Positions 59,596 to 64,000 of a stretch of 64,000 nt of DNA are shown here, in pieces. Each line of letters starts with the position of its first letter. Position 1 is the stretch's first letter. The stretch is from an uncultured virus (IMG/VR IMGVR_UViG_3300033121_001780) (Duplodnaviria > Heunggongvirae > Uroviricota > Caudoviricetes), in IMG/VR virus record IMGVR_UViG_3300033121_001780. One strand, given 5' to 3'. The notes under the pieces are model-generated. The model made no database searches and was not told where the DNA came from. It saw only the letters and a list, made by a program, of their open reading frames with translations. Position numbers and translations under genes: made by a program.

Positions 59596-60018
59596 ATGTT
59601 ACTTAAATTGATAAAAACCCTTGCTGTGTTTGTGTTTTTAATGCTTTCTATAACCTCTTTTTCACAGTCTGTTGTTTTTGGTAATATAATAAAGGAAAAT
59701 CCAAAAGATACAATTGAAGGAAATCTTGTTGTATATAAGCAAATTGATGATTCTACATACATTTTTAAAGAAAAAAGGTTCAGAAACCAATCTATGGTAT
59801 CTTTGGATCCTGGAGAATATGTTTTCGCTTATTATTTTTCCAATTCCTCTTTCATTGAGAAAGTGAGTATCCATGATGATGAATCTGTTATAATAATGAA
59901 TATTTTAGAAACTCCAACATCCATGTCCGAGTTTAAATTTTCGAAAGTTATCTTTCTTTCGTCAGAAATGATTGAATTAGCTGTACAAAGTCGTCGATAT
60001 GTTTATATGGAGTTCTGA
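59596..60018 (+). CDS. Secreted hypothetical protein
   Basis: Signal peptide ..TSFSQ; start refined to ATG 59596 (AATATATA-CTAT-ATG). Confidence 0.6.
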   Translation: MLLKLIKTLAVFVFLMLSITSFSQSVVFGNIIKENPKDTIEGNLVVYKQIDDSTYIFKEKRFRNQSMVSLDPGEYVFAYYFSNSSFIEKVSIHDDESVIIMNILETPTSMSEFKFSKVIFLSSEMIELAVQSRRYVYMEF

Positions 60019-60051
60019 TTTGGATATTTGATGGGTTTGTATTTATATTTG
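60019..60051 (+). promoter_or_regulatory. Bacteroidota primary-sigma promoter
   Basis: TTTG 60019-60022, TATATTTG 60044-60051, 21-nt spacer. Confidence 0.6.
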
Positions 60052-60056
60052 TCTTT

Positions 60057-61904
60057 ATGATTGAAAAACTGAAAGAGACGATAATCAAAGCAAATATTGC
60101 TTACAGAGAGGGAAATCCAATAATGTCAGATTCAGAATATGATCTTCTAATAGAAGAGTTATCAATGCTTTCTCCGGATGATGATCTTGTATCCAAGATC
60201 GGAATATCTCCCAAGGATGAGTCCCGAAAGGCCAAGCTACCAATTGAGATGGCCTCTATGAACAAAATCAAATCCCTAGAAGATCTTCTAAATTGGGCAC
60301 GACTAAAGAATATATCAATAGATTCGGAAATAGTCATCACCCCAAAATATGATGGAATTTCATTATGCAATGATGAAATGATGAGTCACGCATTTACTCG
60401 GGGGGATGGAGTCTTTGGACAAAAATCTAATGATCATTATCGACAAATTGGAAATAAATTAATAGGACAAAATCTGTTCCAATTTACATATGGAGAGGTT
60501 ATAATGTCAAAATCAACATTTACTTCGAAATATTCAGGAGAATTTGCGAATCCAAGAAATTTAGTAGCTGGTCTTCTAAATGCAAAAGAAATTTCACCAA
60601 TTTTAAAAGACTGCAATTACATAAAGTATGGTGGAATAGTATTCGACAAATTCAAAAATAAGATAAAAACAAAAAGTGAATTACTCTATCAACTTAATTC
60701 TTGCCAAGAAATAAAAGTCCCATTTAAAGTTGAGACTATAAATAATTTAAGTGAAGAAACATTCATTGAACTATTCAAAGAATGGTCAAAAGAATATGAA
60801 ATTGATGGATTAATAGTTGAGATAAATGATTTATATCTCCAAAATAAACTTGGTAGAGAAAATTCTAGCAATAATCCAGTGTGGGCAAGAGCATTCAAGC
60901 ATCCAAGTTTTGAACAGTCAGCTACTACCGAAATCACAGGAATATCTTGGAACATTTCCAAACAAGGATATTTAAAGCCGACTCTCCATGTGAATCCAAT
61001 TAAATTGGATGGCGTTACAGTATCAAATGTAACCGGCAATAATGCTCGATTTGTAAAAGACATGGGGCTAGGAATAGGAGCAAAAGTCGTTGTAAAGAGA
61101 AGCGGAATGGTAATTCCAATAATTGCCGATGTTATACAAGGAGTAGAGTTTCAAATGCCAAATGTTTCCAATATTGATTGGAATGATAATGGTGTTGAAT
61201 TAATGACTCTGAATGAAACAGATGACCAGAGATTAAAAAAAATAATTGCTTTCTTTGGAATTCTGGAATCTGATAATGTTTCCGAGGGTGTAATCACCCA
61301 ACTTTGGGAAGCAGGATTTAGAACAATAAAAGATATTCTGAATCTAAAAATAGATGATTTCCAAAAGATCGATAGATTCGGAAAAAGGAAATCCCAAATA
61401 GTTTATAATTCCATTCAGAAATCCATAAATGGTGTAAGTCTATCAAAACTACAACATGCTACTGGAATTTTTAATGGACTGGGAAGCAAAAAACTAGTTC
61501 TATTAGAACATTTCAAATCGAAACCAACGATTGAAGAGGTTATGCAAATCGAGGGATTTGCAGAGATCTCAGCAAAAATATACATTGATAATTGGGACGT
61601 ATTTTTTGAATTTATCAAGGATATTCCAATTAAGATTCAAGAAAAAATAGAAATTGAAAAAACTGGAAATGATTTAGAGGGATTTCAATTTGTTTTCACT
61701 GGAATAAGACTACCCGAATACGAAAAAATCATAATTGCAAATGGTGGAAAAATTGGATCAGGGGTTTCTAAATCAACGACACATTTAATTATTAAAAAGA
61801 AGGGAAGTGGATCATCCAAAGAAAAAAAGGCTATAGATCTTGGAATTAAGATATTAGAAGTAAAGGATTTAGAAGAAATTATGGTGCAACTGCATCATAG
61901 ATGA
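60057..61904 (+). CDS. ligA: NAD-dependent DNA ligase
   Basis: MSDSEYD, KYDG, TRGDG, NPRN, IDG, RSGMVIP, HhH, C-terminal BRCT (FVFTG). Confidence 0.93.
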   Translation: MIEKLKETIIKANIAYREGNPIMSDSEYDLLIEELSMLSPDDDLVSKIGISPKDESRKAKLPIEMASMNKIKSLEDLLNWARLKNISIDSEIVITPKYDGISLCNDEMMSHAFTRGDGVFGQKSNDHYRQIGNKLIGQNLFQFTYGEVIMSKSTFTSKYSGEFANPRNLVAGLLNAKEISPILKDCNYIKYGGIVFDKFKNKIKTKSELLYQLNSCQEIKVPFKVETINNLSEETFIELFKEWSKEYEIDGLIVEINDLYLQNKLGRENSSNNPVWARAFKHPSFEQSATTEITGISWNISKQGYLKPTLHVNPIKLDGVTVSNVTGNNARFVKDMGLGIGAKVVVKRSGMVIPIIADVIQGVEFQMPNVSNIDWNDNGVELMTLNETDDQRLKKIIAFFGILESDNVSEGVITQLWEAGFRTIKDILNLKIDDFQKIDRFGKRKSQIVYNSIQKSINGVSLSKLQHATGIFNGLGSKKLVLLEHFKSKPTIEEVMQIEGFAEISAKIYIDNWDVFFEFIKDIPIKIQEKIEIEKTGNDLEGFQFVFTGIRLPEYEKIIIANGGKIGSGVSKSTTHLIIKKKGSGSSKEKKAIDLGIKILEVKDLEEIMVQLHHR

Positions 61905-61908
61905 AAGC

Positions 61909-62412
61909 TTGATAGAGGTTATTTGTACTACTAAAAATTGCTTAAAAATAAAATTTCTTGAAACTCTACCACGAATTCTCAATGGTGAAAATTCAATATG
62001 GATAACAACATTTCAAAAGGAATTGAATATCATGATAATGAATTTTTTACTTGGTATAATAATTGGATTTGGATTGCTGCATGGATTCTATTTTATTAGA
62101 AACAAAATATATAGAGAGGTACGTAAGGGAGTATTCACTACTAGACTGGTTGATAATACTGATCAAACAAACTTCATTGTGAATTACGAAATAGAAGAGA
62201 TAGCAAGATCCAATAAAAAATCCAAAATTAAAATCTTGTCCTTTAATTCCGAAATTTCAAAATACAATGCTGCCAATTGGAAAGATGCAATTACAAATTT
62301 CTACGATAATGCATGGATTAAAACCTCAGAAATCGATTGGATAAAATATACAAACGATCCAAACGATCCCAAGTTTATTAGGGATAAAAAAATAAACCAA
62401 ATACTAAAATGA
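61909..62412 (+). CDS. Membrane-anchored hypothetical protein with C-terminal tag
   Basis: TM segment; ends FIRDKKINQILK; true start probably near 62032. Confidence 0.6.
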   Translation: MIEVICTTKNCLKIKFLETLPRILNGENSIWITTFQKELNIMIMNFLLGIIIGFGLLHGFYFIRNKIYREVRKGVFTTRLVDNTDQTNFIVNYEIEEIARSNKKSKIKILSFNSEISKYNAANWKDAITNFYDNAWIKTSEIDWIKYTNDPNDPKFIRDKKINQILK

Positions 62413-62717
62413 TGCAGAAAGACTATTGGAATGAAAAAGAGAAATATCTACAAAAAATATCAGATCTAGAAAATAGGATCCAACAACAGAAAAATAACCA
62501 AATTTCTGTTGAAATCGGATCATATTATCTAGTATCATTTAATGATAAAATAGAAATGGTTCGAGTATCAGCTCTAACTAAAAAATGCGTGCTGTTTGAA
62601 TTTTTACAAACAGAAAAGGATCCACAATGGTTTCTGACGTATAAAAATTATACTATAATTGAAGAATTATCAACAGAATTTATCAGAGACTTCAAAATCG
62701 AGCAAATATCCGAATGA
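62409..62717 (+). CDS. Hypothetical protein with C-terminal tag
   Basis: Ends FIRDFKIEQISE. Confidence 0.7.
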   Translation: MMQKDYWNEKEKYLQKISDLENRIQQQKNNQISVEIGSYYLVSFNDKIEMVRVSALTKKCVLFEFLQTEKDPQWFLTYKNYTIIEELSTEFIRDFKIEQISE

Positions 62718-63049
62718 TGTTTTGGTGTGTTATAGGCCTTCATAAATGGCAGTATCATCATAAAATGGTTCCATATATTTTACCTGGAAATAGAACATAT
62801 AATGTTGGAACACATTTTCGATGCTGTAAAGAATGTGACAAGGAACAAAGAAGAACAAACAGGCCAATAAGTGTAGGAAATGAATGGCTGACTATTAAGT
62901 CAGGAAATTCCTTCGATAAATTAATGATAAAATTTGCAAAATGGTACCAATCAATGAATTCTTCAATACAAGAATCTAAAAATCAACCAATTCAAAACGA
63001 AAACACCGAAATCAAAACACAGAAAAATCAACCAAGAAAAATAACCTAA
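62714..63049 (+). CDS. Hypothetical Zn-binding protein
   Basis: CVIGLHKW...RCCKEC. Confidence 0.55.
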   Translation: MMFWCVIGLHKWQYHHKMVPYILPGNRTYNVGTHFRCCKECDKEQRRTNRPISVGNEWLTIKSGNSFDKLMIKFAKWYQSMNSSIQESKNQPIQNENTEIKTQKNQPRKIT

Positions 63050-63078
63050 ACTTAACCAAATTATTCTGTATAATAAGA

Positions 63079-63417
63079 ATGGACTCTGTAATTAAAATAT
63101 TTGGCGCCAAGTCTTGGCATGATACAGTTTCCATAGTAGGAAATAAAGAAGCTCTAATAAGATTTCGAGATCTTATTCAGGATGCTATAACAAAAGGATT
63201 TTCAGATGGTGAGTTTCTAGAATCAGATGGTGAAGGATACAACATAGAAATTAAATTACATGATTGGGGATTCTATTCCGATGGATGGAACAATTTACCA
63301 GTTCATTATTCTGATGATCTTTCATCGGAGAAAAATTGGAAATATTGGGAAAATTTACATGATTTGATGACAAGTGGGAGGCGAGATAGTAAGATTGAAA
63401 AATTGGAAGGAGAGTAA
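63079..63417 (+). CDS. Hypothetical protein with C-terminal tag
   Basis: IVGNKEAL, SDGEGY; ends GRRDSKIEKLEGE. Confidence 0.7.
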   Translation: MDSVIKIFGAKSWHDTVSIVGNKEALIRFRDLIQDAITKGFSDGEFLESDGEGYNIEIKLHDWGFYSDGWNNLPVHYSDDLSSEKNWKYWENLHDLMTSGRRDSKIEKLEGE

Positions 63418-63478
63418 AATTAAATTAATATATTAGAAAACCATCAATAGAAATATTGAATATAAATAAATCAACGGC

Positions 63479-64000
63479 ATGGAAATAAAATTCGAGAATT
63501 TTGCGGAGAAGGAAAAAGTATTTATAGAAAGAACAGGAAAAAATTTTGATTTCTACTACAAAAAGTATTATCCAAAACTTATCTATTACACAAATAAGAT
63601 TTGTAATGATACTCAAAAAGCTGAAGATGTATCAATTGATTCATTTTTAACAGCTTTTGATAAAATTGATATGTATGAGAGTGACAAGTCACAATTCTCA
63701 ACATGGCTATTTACAATAGCTAGAAATCTAGCTCTTCAAGAAAAGAAAATGGATGGCAAATCAATCTCAATGGATGTAGAGATTGATGAAGAGGGAACAA
63801 CAATGAAAGACTTCATCCAAGAGGAAGAATCGGAAGACGAGGCTAAATATGAAGCCATAAATAAAAAGGCCCAAATAATGCTTGAGGCGATAGGAAAACT
63901 GAAAGAGCCATATAGAAGAGTTATAGAAATGAGAGAAATTAAGAGAATGCAATATAAAGACATCTCTGAGCAACTTGGAAAAAATCTTTCGACAATAAAA
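63479..64000 (+). CDS. ECF-type sigma-70 family RNA polymerase sigma factor (truncated by window end)
   Basis: Not in ORF track. Manual translation: AEDVSIDSF..AFDKI..Y...SQFSTWLFTIARN (region 2); LKEPYRRVIEMRE...YKDISEQLGKNLSTIK (region 4). Confidence 0.88.
   Translation, partial: MEIKFENFAEKEKVFIERTGKNFDFYYKKYYPKLIYYTNKICNDTQKAEDVSIDSFLTAFDKIDMYESDKSQFSTWLFTIARNLALQEKKMDGKSISMDVEIDEEGTTMKDFIQEEESEDEAKYEAINKKAQIMLEAIGKLKEPYRRVIEMREIKRMQYKDISEQLGKNLSTIK

Noticed and set aside
2518..63417. C-terminal tag as a DNA-level recombination site or repeat element
   Set aside because: Synonymous codons vary freely (five Arg codons, ATA/ATT/ATC, AAA/AAG) and there is no extended nucleotide identity.
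1..64000. Stop-codon recoding (alternative genetic code)
   Set aside because: Very long ORFs are open in the standard code, and TAG/TGA end recognisable genes at expected positions. The single in-frame TGA near 42263 is better explained as decay or error.
1..64000. tRNA, rRNA or structured ncRNA genes
   Set aside because: No cloverleaf or T-loop signature was recognised in the short intergenic gaps; tRNAscan-SE/Infernal would be needed to exclude them.

Overview
This AT-rich, densely packed 64-kb window reads as part of a very large (jumbo/huge) tailed-phage genome, probably infecting a Bacteroidota host. Host evidence is repeated TAnnTTTG/TTTG promoter boxes, T9SS-type C-terminal domains and bS21. 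The + strand carries metabolic, replication and host-takeover genes plus dozens of small unknown ORFs: MoxR-like AAA+ ATPase, RNase H-like protein, bifunctional nuclease, metallopeptidase, Dam, gp46/SbcC, bS21, DnaJ, RNA ligase, Hsp20, CoaE, an L7/L12-like protein, LigA and an ECF sigma factor. The - strand carries giant virion-type proteins, a neck-like protein, an S1-domain protein and scattered small genes. The most striking unexplained signal is a peptide 'address' system. At least 27 small, largely unrelated + strand proteins, plus a 19-aa micro-ORF, end in R-x-x-K-[IL]-x-x-[IL], encoded with varied codons. A separate set of small proteins begins with M-[KRN]-[YH]-[LI]-[KR]-K-[FL]-[NE]-[ES], which resembles the T4 capsid-targeting sequence. 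Many of these, and other putative late genes, have an AATATATA box only 4-5 nt before the ATG. Also notable: a fractured gp46/SbcC gene with an atypically split Ser1/Ser+1 intein and a free-standing endonuclease between its halves; three ribosomal-protein homologues; phage-encoded T9SS cargo proteins; and a GC-richer, inverted-repeat-flanked methyltransferase insert. No CRISPR array or tRNA was recognised. All family calls are from motif recognition by eye, not database searches.
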